From positions 64,346 to 128,345 of the forward strand of contig JBAZFB010000003.1 of the NCBI GenBank assembly GCA_041653595.1: 64,000 bases of DNA, read 5' to 3'. The DNA is from Candidatus Omnitrophota bacterium (lineage in GTDB: Bacteria > Omnitrophota > Gorgyraeia > Pluralincolimonadales > Pluralincolimonadaceae). The position numbers and the translations under genes were made by a program. Under the pieces are notes generated by a model that saw only the letters and a list, made by a program, of their open reading frames with translations, was not told the DNA's origin and did no database searches. Shown piece after piece: positions 37,276-46,539 of this stretch; the first letter of the stretch is position 1, and the number at the start of each line of letters is the position of its first letter.

Positions 37276-37846
37276 GCGTAAATTAAGCAGGCAAGGCAAA
37301 AGACAGGTCGCGGGGATAGATGAGGCAGGGCGCGGCCCGCTGGCCGGCCCGGTCGTCGCCGCCGCGGTCATATTAAGGGATTTCAGGTTCAAGAACAGGA
37401 TAGCCGATTCCAAGGTCCTCACAAGGCTTGCGCGCGAGAGGGCCTACGAGGAGATACTCAGGAAAGCGGATATCGGGATCGGCATCGTAGGCGAAAAAGA
37501 TATAGACAGGATAAATATCCTGCGGGCGAGCCTCCACGCCATGGAGTTGGCGGTCTACGACCTCGGCATAAGGCCTGACCACCTCCTTATAGACGGCAAC
37601 ATCCAACCGGAATTACCCCATCCAAAGACGACATTAATAGGCGGAGAATCGCGTTCCATCTCTATCGCCTGCGCTTCTATCGTCGCTAAGGTCACGAGGG
37701 ATTTTATAATGACTTATTATGATGCCTTATACCCCGAATACGGGTTCGCCAGGCACAAGGGCTACGGGACGCGTTTGCATTTCATCGCGATAAGGAGGTT
37801 CGGCCCGTCGCCGATCCACAGGCGGAGTTTCACCCTTATAAAATGA
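37244..37846 (+). CDS. rnhB: Ribonuclease HII
   Basis: 'AGIDEAGRGPLAGPVV' catalytic N-terminus; start codon ambiguous (37244 or 37262), overlaps rplS end. Confidence 0.85.
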   Translation: MSAKRLMLYHERKLSRQGKRQVAGIDEAGRGPLAGPVVAAAVILRDFRFKNRIADSKVLTRLARERAYEEILRKADIGIGIVGEKDIDRINILRASLHAMELAVYDLGIRPDHLLIDGNIQPELPHPKTTLIGGESRSISIACASIVAKVTRDFIMTYYDALYPEYGFARHKGYGTRLHFIAIRRFGPSPIHRRSFTLIK

Positions 37847-38448
37847 ACTTATTCATATTAAGGCACGGCGAATCGGTTTGGAACAGGGAAAACAGGGTCC
37901 AGGGAAGCAAGGATCCCGGTTTAAGCGAAAAAGGAAAACGGCAGGCGGAGCGCGCCGGCAGCCGGCTTAAGAATAAAAAGATAGATATAATTTATTCCAG
38001 CCCGCTTAAGCGCTGCGCGCAGACCGCGCGCATCATCTCGCGTAAGACCGGGGCGAAGATTAGGTTCGTCCCCGGCATACAGGAGATAATCCTAGGCGTC
38101 TGGCAGGGGAAGACGATAGACGAGGTAAAGAAACTTTATCCCAAGTCATACGCGATGTGGCTTAAGGACCCTTCGAAGGCCGCTATCCCGGGATGGGAAG
38201 GCGTGCCAAAATTCCGCAAGAGGGTGAACCGCGCATTCAGGTCGATACTGGAAATAGACACGGCGGCGAATGTATGCGTTGTGACGCACTGGGGCGTGAT
38301 AGCGTCGCACCTGGCGAAGACGCTCGACGCGGATTTCGACCGGATCTTCCAGGGGGTAAGGGTGGATAATTGCGGCATAAGCGAAATTTCGTACATGAAC
38401 GGAAAGGCGATAATACAATGCATAAACGATACGCGTCTGCTCTCCTGA
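37843..38448 (+). CDS. Histidine phosphatase family protein (phosphoglycerate mutase-like)
   Basis: 'LFILRHGESVWN' RHG motif N-terminus; 'VTHWGVI' second His. Confidence 0.8.
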   Translation: MNLFILRHGESVWNRENRVQGSKDPGLSEKGKRQAERAGSRLKNKKIDIIYSSPLKRCAQTARIISRKTGAKIRFVPGIQEIILGVWQGKTIDEVKKLYPKSYAMWLKDPSKAAIPGWEGVPKFRKRVNRAFRSILEIDTAANVCVVTHWGVIASHLAKTLDADFDRIFQGVRVDNCGISEISYMNGKAIIQCINDTRLLS

Positions 38449-39734
38449 AACGATGCGCGTCTTCTCTTTCGATCGTTTTTTTCCTGTTTTTCTTTGCCGC
38501 GCCGTGTTTCGGCGATGATGCGGCAAGCGTGGTCAAGGTCACGGGCAAGAAAGGCAGTTGGAGCCTTGAAGTCAACGGCAAGCCGTTCTATATCAAAGGC
38601 GTCGGCGTCGGGAAGATGACCGGCCTCGGCGGCGCCGATTACCTCAAAATGGCGCAGGAACTTGGAGCCAACGCGGTCCGCACATGGGGCACAGACCAGG
38701 GCACGCAGGAATATTTCGATACCGCGCTGAAGTACGGCCTTATGGTAGACGCCGGTATATGGCTCAATTACGCCAAAAAAGGCACGGAATACAGCTATCT
38801 TGGAGATAACGAATACAAAAAGAAGAAGACTCAGGAGATAACGGATTACGTCAACAAATTCAAGGGACATCCGGCGTTGTTGATGTGGAACATAGGCAAC
38901 GAGGCGATCTTTTTCACGAAGGACGAGGAAGAGCGCGTAGCATTGGCGAAATTCCTTGAGGAGACGGTGCAGATGGTCCATAAGCTGGACCCCAACCATC
39001 CGGTCATCTATACCTCGGCCGATACGACCGCGTTACCGTATATACAGCAATACGCCCCGAGCCTCGATATATTCGGCATGAATATATACGGCAGTGTTAG
39101 GATATCGCACACCAAATGGGACAAATCCGGGCTGGAAATGCCGTATTGCGTTACCGAATACGGGCCGCACGGGCCGTGGGACGTCAAGAAGGACCAGAAC
39201 GGCGCCTCGCAGGAGGAACCCGAGCAGGCGAAAGCGGCCATATACAGGAATATGACGCGCGAGATAATGAACTTCAAGGGATATGATATCGGAGGCTTCG
39301 CGTTCCACCTCGGGGAGACTTCACAGGAATCGCTTACGTGGTGGAACATAAACCAAAAGCTGTTAAAGAAGGCTTCATATTGGGAATTATACAAGATCTA
39401 TACCGGAGGCAGGCCGCTCAATCTTCCTCCGCGGATAACAATATTGAAACTGGGCAAGACAAAAGGTATCGGCCCCGGGGAGATCATTGATATCACGGTA
39501 GAGGCAGCCGACTCCGACAGCAACCCGCTCGATTACTCCTTCATCGTATCGACGGCGCAGGAAGGGATACTGCAGTATTATGTCAACGAGGAGGTCCCGG
39601 TGAAGTTCGAGAACGTCGGCGCAAGATTCAGGATGACCGCTCCCGCCGCCAAAGGGCTCTACAGGCTATATCTCATCGTAAACGACGGGAACGGGAACGC
39701 AGCCGCCGCTAACAGATCGTTCAAGGTCGAATAA
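38418..39734 (+). CDS. Secreted TIM-barrel glycoside hydrolase-like protein (clan GH-A/GH5-like) with C-terminal Ig-like domain
   Basis: Signal/TM 'SIVFFLFFFAAPCFG'; 'LMWNIGNEA' (acid/base Glu) and 'CVTEYGP' (nucleophile Glu) spacing typical of GH-A enzymes; start chosen at 38418 (ORF track 38370). Confidence 0.55.
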   Translation: MHKRYASALLKRCASSLSIVFFLFFFAAPCFGDDAASVVKVTGKKGSWSLEVNGKPFYIKGVGVGKMTGLGGADYLKMAQELGANAVRTWGTDQGTQEYFDTALKYGLMVDAGIWLNYAKKGTEYSYLGDNEYKKKKTQEITDYVNKFKGHPALLMWNIGNEAIFFTKDEEERVALAKFLEETVQMVHKLDPNHPVIYTSADTTALPYIQQYAPSLDIFGMNIYGSVRISHTKWDKSGLEMPYCVTEYGPHGPWDVKKDQNGASQEEPEQAKAAIYRNMTREIMNFKGYDIGGFAFHLGETSQESLTWWNINQKLLKKASYWELYKIYTGGRPLNLPPRITILKLGKTKGIGPGEIIDITVEAADSDSNPLDYSFIVSTAQEGILQYYVNEEVPVKFENVGARFRMTAPAAKGLYRLYLIVNDGNGNAAAANRSFKVE

Positions 39735-39741
39735 AAGGCAT

Positions 39742-40833
39742 ATGCCCGAAAAAAAAGAGGATATAAAGGACCTCTCGCTCGTCGAGCTTACGGCACGCAT
39801 TAAAAGCCTTAATGAGCCGCCTTACAGGGCGGAACAGGTCTTCGAGTGGATATATAAAAAAGAGGCCAGGTCATTCGGGTTGATGACCGACCTGCCATCC
39901 AAACTCCGCGACTATCTCACCAATAAATTCTTCGTTACCGGCTCGGAGACAATAAAAAAACAGGTCTCTAAATCAGACGGGACGCGGAAATATCTCTTCA
40001 AATTAAATGACGGCGAGGAGGTTGAGGGCGTCTATATCCCGGCCAAAGACAGACAGACTATATGCCTCTCGTTGCAGGCGGGATGCGGCTTCGGTTGTTA
40101 TTTCTGCGCGAGCGGGCTGCTCGGGCTCAAGAGGGACCTGCGCTGCGGCGAGATACTCGACCAAGCGCTCGCCATACAGGATGATATTGGTGCCGCCAAG
40201 GGCCCTGTGGGGTCCAAGGGCCCTGCGGGGACCAAGCGCATAACCAATGTGGTGATGATGGGCACCGGAGAGCCGCTCGCCAATTATGACAACGTCATCA
40301 AGGCCGTCGGGATAATGAATTCCCCGCTGGGGCTGGGTATCGGCGCGAGGAAGATAACCGTCTCGACCGCCGGATACATCCCCGGGATGAAACGGTTCAT
40401 GCAGGAGAAAGAACAGTTCGAGCTTTCAGTCTCGCTGCACGCCGCCGACGACATAAAACGCTCAAGGCTCATGCCGATTAACAAAAAATATCCCCTCTCC
40501 GAACTGATGGAAGTCTGCCGCGAATACACAAAAGGTAAGGGCAGGATAATCACTTTCGAATATATCCTTATCAGGGATGTCAACTCTTCACCTACCGACG
40601 CGCAAAATCTTGTCAGGCTGCTGAAGGCGCTTAACTGCAAAGTGAACCTTATCCCGTTCAATGCGGTCCCTGATTTTAAATTTGCCCCGCCGTCTAATAA
40701 GGATGTCGGAAATTTCCAGGAGATATTGGAGAAAGGCGGGATAAACTCGACCATAAGGGCGCAGAGGGGCGCCGACATCGACGCCGCCTGCGGGCAATTG
40801 CGCCTGCGCGAGGCGGAAGGGAAGAAATGCTGA
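39742..40833 (+). CDS. rlmN: 23S rRNA/tRNA (adenine-C2)-methyltransferase RlmN (radical SAM)
   Basis: 'GCGFGCYFCASG' CxxxCxxC radical-SAM motif, 'ITNVVMMGTGEPL', 'STAGY' blocks. Confidence 0.9.
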   Translation: MPEKKEDIKDLSLVELTARIKSLNEPPYRAEQVFEWIYKKEARSFGLMTDLPSKLRDYLTNKFFVTGSETIKKQVSKSDGTRKYLFKLNDGEEVEGVYIPAKDRQTICLSLQAGCGFGCYFCASGLLGLKRDLRCGEILDQALAIQDDIGAAKGPVGSKGPAGTKRITNVVMMGTGEPLANYDNVIKAVGIMNSPLGLGIGARKITVSTAGYIPGMKRFMQEKEQFELSVSLHAADDIKRSRLMPINKKYPLSELMEVCREYTKGKGRIITFEYILIRDVNSSPTDAQNLVRLLKALNCKVNLIPFNAVPDFKFAPPSNKDVGNFQEILEKGGINSTIRAQRGADIDAACGQLRLREAEGKKC

Positions 40834-42854
40834 ATAGGAATAAGACCATAGCCTTCTTCGCCTTTATCCTGCTTGTTACGCAAGGCCTTTGTTCCTCCGA
40901 AGAAGAGAAGGGCTGGGTGCCGTATTATTTCGGCCCGGCTACGGCCGGTGGGCTCGTCTCGGAAAATGACGAGGGCATCATCCTCTCTCTCGATAAGGCC
41001 GGCGCGTTCGGAGTATATAATCCCAGCAAGTTCGGCGGGAATTTTGACGCGCGGACCGAGATAAAGACCGGGAAGGGCATCTGCGGGATGATGTTGTTCA
41101 AGGACAACGGCGGCAAACCCGACCCGTCAAATTTCGTCGGCATAGAGAGGCGGGAGGACGAGGCCGGCAACAAGACGGTGAGGGTCTTCGCGATAAAAGA
41201 CGGGCAGGATTTCACTCAGCAGGGCGCCCAGTGGAACCCGCGTTTCGAGGCGGTCCTGAATAACGAGTCGTTCGGCTTCGAGGCGAAGGCGTTCAGGATA
41301 CTCGAGGACGAGAAGGCGAAGTGCCTTCATTTTTATTACAAATACGAGAGGAAGATCGACGGGGAGAAGAAGGAAGGATGGCTGGAGTTCTCGACGCTTC
41401 CCGATTGGGACGGGAAACCGTTCTATTTCTATCCGTATGTGAAAAGCAACGGCGATTTTACCGCGAAAGCGGTCTTTATGAAACCGATGGTAATGCTTAC
41501 GCCGTCCGATGACAGGTCCGACAAGGATACGGGGTTTAAGGCGACGAGGCGCGATTACACTTTTTCGGGATCCTCCGGGGACGCGGTCGTCGTCACCTTC
41601 GACAGGGAATTCCCGTTTTACGATAAGGCCAAATTCGTCTTCTGGAGCGAGGCGGAATATATACCCTGGTGGCATATCGACGACAAATGCGCGGCATATT
41701 ATGAATTCTGCGAGATATGGGGCGGCGGGACCGAGGGCTGCGATGAGCCTATGGGCGACCGGCTGCTGCGCTGGACCAAGGCGGATATAGTAGAGTCGAA
41801 CAAGGCGCGCGTCATAGTCCATTGGCGTTATGTGTTGGCGGACCCCGAATACAAGTGGTGGAGCATGGACCCGGTCGAAAAGCCTTATGCGGACGAGTGG
41901 TACTGTTTTTATCCCGACGGGACCGGGGTTAGGAAAGTCACATATACGCCGGTCACCACTTCTAAATACGAGACCGATTGGAACGAAATATCGGAGTTGA
42001 CCGTCATAAAGCGCGGCGGCGTGAAACCGTCCGAGGTCATAGACAAAAAGGCTGTCTCGATATTCAATCTCGACGGGAAGAAGGTAGATTACCTGTGGGA
42101 CCTCTCCAAGAAAGGGACGCCGGCTAAGAGGGACGACGAGACCAGGAACTGGCCCGAGGCGATATGCCGCTTGAACCTCAAGGACAGGCCTGCCGTATTC
42201 GAGGTGTTCGCGCAGGGCGGGGAGGCGTATAAAAAGACTTTCCCCGAGCCGTTCAAGAACTGGTGGGGGCATTACGGCGAGGATTGGGCGTTTGAGATGC
42301 GGGGCCAGAAGGAATACGAGGGCGATTTCGGTGTATTCTCGCACTGGCCGATAAGCAAAATGCCGTATGAAGAACCCGATAAGACATTCGGCAGGTACCT
42401 GCGCGAGCCGGGACATATATCGCTATTGCCGATCGCCGGCCATCCCAAAGTCAAGGGCCCGACGACGTGGGCGATGCTTGTGGGTATGAGCAAGCCTTGG
42501 GACGACCAGGATGCCCGCGACAGGGCCTCGTCCTGGCTTTATCCCGGCGACATCAGCATGATAGACGAGAACGCGAAATTCATCGGGAACGACTATTACC
42601 AGCGCGCGCTCGTATTTGAGACGGATAAACTTAACCGCGCCTGCCAGTTCACTATGTATCCTAAGATCGTCTCTTCCGTCGTCGTAAACCCCGTATTCAT
42701 CATAAAGAACTGGGGCAATAACCCGGTCTCGGTCACGATGAACGGCAAGCCGCTCAAAGAAGGCCTCGACTACCGCTGCGCCATTGAAGGCGACTCGGCC
42801 GTCATCTGGGTCAAGGCCAAATTCTCCGGTCAAACCGCGTTCTTGATAAAGTAA
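40827..42854 (+). CDS. Large secreted hypothetical protein (675 aa)
   Basis: Signal peptide 'MLNRNKTIAFFAFILLVTQGLCSS'; Trp/Tyr-rich, no recognised catalytic motif. Confidence 0.4.
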   Translation: MLNRNKTIAFFAFILLVTQGLCSSEEEKGWVPYYFGPATAGGLVSENDEGIILSLDKAGAFGVYNPSKFGGNFDARTEIKTGKGICGMMLFKDNGGKPDPSNFVGIERREDEAGNKTVRVFAIKDGQDFTQQGAQWNPRFEAVLNNESFGFEAKAFRILEDEKAKCLHFYYKYERKIDGEKKEGWLEFSTLPDWDGKPFYFYPYVKSNGDFTAKAVFMKPMVMLTPSDDRSDKDTGFKATRRDYTFSGSSGDAVVVTFDREFPFYDKAKFVFWSEAEYIPWWHIDDKCAAYYEFCEIWGGGTEGCDEPMGDRLLRWTKADIVESNKARVIVHWRYVLADPEYKWWSMDPVEKPYADEWYCFYPDGTGVRKVTYTPVTTSKYETDWNEISELTVIKRGGVKPSEVIDKKAVSIFNLDGKKVDYLWDLSKKGTPAKRDDETRNWPEAICRLNLKDRPAVFEVFAQGGEAYKKTFPEPFKNWWGHYGEDWAFEMRGQKEYEGDFGVFSHWPISKMPYEEPDKTFGRYLREPGHISLLPIAGHPKVKGPTTWAMLVGMSKPWDDQDARDRASSWLYPGDISMIDENAKFIGNDYYQRALVFETDKLNRACQFTMYPKIVSSVVVNPVFIIKNWGNNPVSVTMNGKPLKEGLDYRCAIEGDSAVIWVKAKFSGQTAFLIK

Positions 42855-42860
42855 TATGCC

Positions 42861-42889
42861 TTGACGCAAATCGTTTGTTTGCCTATAAT
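42861..42889 (+). promoter_or_regulatory. Sigma70-type promoter of the fhs/one-carbon operon (TTGACG-17-TATAAT)
   Basis: -35 TTGACG 42861-42866, 17-nt spacer, perfect -10 TATAAT 42884-42889; fhs ATG at 42901 with no Shine-Dalgarno implies (near-)leaderless transcript. Confidence 0.6.
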
Positions 42890-42900
42890 AAAGATTCACT

Positions 42901-44580
42901 ATGTTCGCTAAAAAACCGCATTCCACATCAGAGATCGCGAGACTCACGCATCCCAAGCAGATCGTTGGGGTTGCGACAAAAGCCGGCTTAAACGCCGACG
43001 AGCTCGAGCTTTACGGAAATTTCAAGGCCAAGATCACGCTTGCCGTCCTGCAGAGGCTGAAACAGCGCCCTGACGGGAAACTTATCCTGGTCACGGCAAT
43101 GACCCCGACCAAGCACGGCGAAGGCAAGACATGCATTTCGATAGGCCTTACCCAGGCGCTCGGACGCCTGAAAAAACGCGTCATTCTATGCCTTCGCGAA
43201 CCGTCGCTGGGCCCTGCATTAGGGCTTAAGGGCGGCGGCTGCGGCGGAGGATACGCGCAGGTCCTGCCGATGGAGGATATAAATCTCCATTTCACGGGCG
43301 ATATACACGCGATAACTGCGGCGCACAACCTTTTGGCCGCCATCATAGATAACCACCTGGCGAAAGGGAACGAGTTAAAACTCGACCCGAAAAGGATAAT
43401 CTGGCGCAGGACGATTGACCTTTGCGACAGGAGCCTGCGCGAGGTGCAGGTCGGCATTGCCGAAGGCGCGGTAAAGAGGCGCGAAAGTTTCGATATCACG
43501 GCCGCCTCGGAGATAATGGCGTGCCTGGCGCTCACTACAGGCTACAAGGACCTGAAAGAGAGGCTCGGGAAGATAATAATCGGTTTTACGAATAAGGGCA
43601 GGCCCGTCACCGCGTCCGAGATGAAGGTCGTCGGCGCGATGGCCGCCATTTTAAAGGACGCGATAAAGCCCAATATGGCGCAGACGCTCGAAGGCCAGCC
43701 GGCATTAATACACATGGGCCCGTTCGGGAATATCGCCCACGGCACGAACAGCATCCTCGCGACGCAGATGGCGTTAAAGCTTGCCGATTACGCGGTAGTC
43801 GAAACCGGTTTCGGCACCGACCTGGGCTTCGAGAAATTTTGCGATGTAGTGACGCGGCAGGGGAAATTCAGGCCCGACTGCGCCGTAGTGGTCGCGAGCG
43901 CAAGGGCGTTGAAGTCCCACGGCGGCGCGGCTGACGCTGACCTCGAGAAGGAAGACCAGGAAGCGCTTAATAAAGGCCTGCCGAACCTCGAACGGCACAT
44001 CGAGAACGTAAAGAAATTCGGGATCTGGCCGGTCGTGGCGATAAACAGGTTCCCGGGGGATTCGGAGAACGAATTGAACAGGGTAAAGGAATTTTGCAGG
44101 AGCAAAGGGGTCCTCGCCGAGATAGCGGAGGTGGTCGCCAAGGGCGGGGAGGGCGGCGAGAAACTCGCGCAGGCAGTCATCGCGACTATGCAGGAGCATC
44201 CCTCGAAATTCAAGCCGCTTTATGATCCGGAGCTTTCGATAAAAGAGAAGATAGATAAGATCGCCACCGAGGTGTACGGCGCCGAGGGCGTCGTATACGT
44301 CGGGACATCAGAAGATGATATAAATTTCCTTACTGAAAATAACTACGATGAGCTTCCGGTGAATATGGCCAGGACGCACCTGTCGTTTACCGACGATCCG
44401 AAGGTGAAGGGCGCCCCGGCTGGATGGCGGCTCAAGGTCAAAGAGGTGAAGGTCTCGGCAGGCGCGGGTTTCCTGGTCGCGTTGACCGGGGAGATGAACC
44501 TGATGCCCGGGATGCCGAAAGTCCCGCTCGCCGAGCGGGTCGACGTGGATAACGACGGTAATATAACGGGGTTATTCTAA
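42901..44580 (+). CDS. fhs: Formate--tetrahydrofolate ligase
   Basis: 'MTPTKHGEGKTCISIGL' and overall FTHFS length/blocks. Confidence 0.95.
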   Translation: MFAKKPHSTSEIARLTHPKQIVGVATKAGLNADELELYGNFKAKITLAVLQRLKQRPDGKLILVTAMTPTKHGEGKTCISIGLTQALGRLKKRVILCLREPSLGPALGLKGGGCGGGYAQVLPMEDINLHFTGDIHAITAAHNLLAAIIDNHLAKGNELKLDPKRIIWRRTIDLCDRSLREVQVGIAEGAVKRRESFDITAASEIMACLALTTGYKDLKERLGKIIIGFTNKGRPVTASEMKVVGAMAAILKDAIKPNMAQTLEGQPALIHMGPFGNIAHGTNSILATQMALKLADYAVVETGFGTDLGFEKFCDVVTRQGKFRPDCAVVVASARALKSHGGAADADLEKEDQEALNKGLPNLERHIENVKKFGIWPVVAINRFPGDSENELNRVKEFCRSKGVLAEIAEVVAKGGEGGEKLAQAVIATMQEHPSKFKPLYDPELSIKEKIDKIATEVYGAEGVVYVGTSEDDINFLTENNYDELPVNMARTHLSFTDDPKVKGAPAGWRLKVKEVKVSAGAGFLVALTGEMNLMPGMPKVPLAERVDVDNDGNITGLF

Positions 44581-44582
44581 CG

Positions 44583-45068
44583 ATGAAGATAAGCGCGAAG
44601 AACAGGATCGATCTTTTTGTAAAAGAGCTGGGAGAGAGGAAGCCCTCGCCCGGCGGCGGCGCGGCAGCTGCTTTAGCCGGCGCCCTCGGGGCCGCGCTAA
44701 TAATAAAAGTCGCGAATTTTACGATCGGCAAAAAGAAATACAAAAGATACGATAATGAAGCCAGGTCTATGGCAAAGAAGGCCGAGGCGTTGAGGAATAA
44801 ATTGGGCGCCTGCATAGAAAAGGACGCCAGGAGATATAACGAATACGCGAGGACCAGGAGCAAGTCCTCGATGCAAAAGGCCTCGGATTGCGCGGCGGAG
44901 ATATCGAAACTTTCCGGGCAAGGCGTGAAGATATGCATGAGGCTAAAGAAGATAGGGAATAAGAACCTGAAGGGAGACATAACCGCCGCGGAATTATTTT
45001 TGCGGGCGGCGGCCAAGGCGTCGGGGAACCTGATAAAGCAGAAAAAGAAGAGGTGGATCGTCAGATGA
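44583..45068 (+). CDS. fchA: Methenyltetrahydrofolate cyclohydrolase (FTCD cyclodeaminase-domain family)
   Basis: 'SPGGGAAAALAGALGAAL' signature of formiminotransferase-cyclodeaminase C-domain/FchA. Confidence 0.8.
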   Translation: MKISAKNRIDLFVKELGERKPSPGGGAAAALAGALGAALIIKVANFTIGKKKYKRYDNEARSMAKKAEALRNKLGACIEKDARRYNEYARTRSKSSMQKASDCAAEISKLSGQGVKICMRLKKIGNKNLKGDITAAELFLRAAAKASGNLIKQKKKRWIVR

Positions 45069-45880
45069 CGGCCAAGATACTGAACGGAAAAGAGCTCGCC
45101 TCTAAATTAAAAGCGCAGTTGAAGCGCGAGGTGGCTGCCATAAAGAAAAAATACGGCAGGACGCCCATGCTCTCGGTCATACAGGTGGGCGTGCACAAGC
45201 CGGCGACCATCTACATAAATTCGCAGGAGAAACTGGCCAGGGAACTCGGCATAAAATACAGGAAGGTCTGTTTAGGCGCTTCGGTCTCGCAGGACGAGCT
45301 TATCCGCGCGATCAAGAAATTGAACAGGGATAAGGCGACGACCGCCGTAATGCTCGGCCTGCCACTGCCGAAGACGATAAACCTCAAACAGACGATATTC
45401 TATATAGACCCGTCCAAGAACGTCGAAAGGGTCAACCCCACGGCGTCGGCGGTGATGGAGATAATAAGATCGACGGGGATAAGCCTCTTCGGCAGGGAAG
45501 CTGTTGTTGTGGGGCATGGCGAATTGGTCGGCAAACCCATAGCGATGTCTTTGCTTGATAAACTGGCTACCGTGACTGTCTGCCACATCGGCACGGCCGC
45601 GCGCGGGGACCTTAAGGGACATATATCGCGCGCCGAGGTGCTGGTCGTCGCGGTCGGAAAACCGAATCTCGTAAAAGGCGGCTGGATAAAGAAGGGCGCC
45701 ATCGTTGTCGATGTCGGCATAACCAAAGTCGGCGGCAGGATAGTCGGCGATGTGGAATTCGATACGGCGAAGAAGCGCGCGGGGTTCATAACCCCTGTCC
45801 CCGGAGGGGTCGGGCCGCTCACCGTGATAATGTCGATGTGCAATTGCATAGCGCTCTTTAAGGAGCAGGTGAAAAGATGA
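45053..45880 (+). CDS. folD: Bifunctional methylene-THF dehydrogenase/methenyl-THF cyclohydrolase
   Basis: 'KILNGKELA', 'VQVG', 'VVVGHGELVGKP' FolD blocks. Confidence 0.95.
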   Translation: MDRQMTAKILNGKELASKLKAQLKREVAAIKKKYGRTPMLSVIQVGVHKPATIYINSQEKLARELGIKYRKVCLGASVSQDELIRAIKKLNRDKATTAVMLGLPLPKTINLKQTIFYIDPSKNVERVNPTASAVMEIIRSTGISLFGREAVVVGHGELVGKPIAMSLLDKLATVTVCHIGTAARGDLKGHISRAEVLVVAVGKPNLVKGGWIKKGAIVVDVGITKVGGRIVGDVEFDTAKKRAGFITPVPGGVGPLTVIMSMCNCIALFKEQVKR

Positions 45881-46539
45881 TAATCACGAAACAGAAACCC
45901 ATAGACGATATCCTTAAATACCTGGAAAAAGCGAACAAGGTATTTATAGTGGGATGCACCCAGTGCGCCACGGTCTGCAAGACAGGCGGCGAGGAAGAAG
46001 TAAAGAAGATGAAGGAATTCCTGGAATCGAAGGGAAAGAAGGTCATAGCGGCCGAGGTCTGGGATACCCCGTGTAATCTTCTTGAAGTCAAGAAACGCGC
46101 GCGCGACAGGAAAAACGAACTCGAGACTTCAGAGACCCTGCTTTTGATGAGTTGTGGAGACGGCGCGCATACGGTTGTTATCGGGACAGGTATGCCGGTG
46201 GTCCCGGGAAATGACACGCTCTTTTTGGGCCAGTCAGAGAGGACCGGGCGTTTTAACGAAGTATGCGCGTTGTGCGGCGATTGTACGCTTTTTATTACCG
46301 GCGGTTACTGTCCCAACGCGTTATGCCCCAAAGGGCTCCAGAACGGGCCGTGCGGAGGGGTCAAGGACGGTAAATGCGAGGTCAGCCCCGATATAGACTG
46401 CGGCTGGCTTCTGATATATAACAGGCTCAAAGATACGGGCAACCTTGATAACATGAAAAAAGTCCTTCCTCCGAAGGACCACTCTAAATCGATAAGGCCT
46501 CGCAAGGTCGTGGTGGACGCGACGAAGAAAAGGATATAG
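45877..46539 (+). CDS. metV: MetV-like Cys-rich small subunit associated with methylene-THF reductase
   Basis: Cys clusters 'GCTQCATVCK', 'LCGDCTLF...CPNALCPKGLQNGPCGG' matching the MTHFR-associated zinc-ribbon/FeS protein; directly upstream of metF. Confidence 0.7.
   Translation: MIITKQKPIDDILKYLEKANKVFIVGCTQCATVCKTGGEEEVKKMKEFLESKGKKVIAAEVWDTPCNLLEVKKRARDRKNELETSETLLLMSCGDGAHTVVIGTGMPVVPGNDTLFLGQSERTGRFNEVCALCGDCTLFITGGYCPNALCPKGLQNGPCGGVKDGKCEVSPDIDCGWLLIYNRLKDTGNLDNMKKVLPPKDHSKSIRPRKVVVDATKKRI

Noticed and set aside
40190-40240. Possible collagen-like (Gly-X-Y) protein segment 'GPVGSKGPAGTK'
   Set aside because: It is only four triplets long and is explained by an 18-bp tandem duplication inside rlmN; it is not a collagen-repeat protein.
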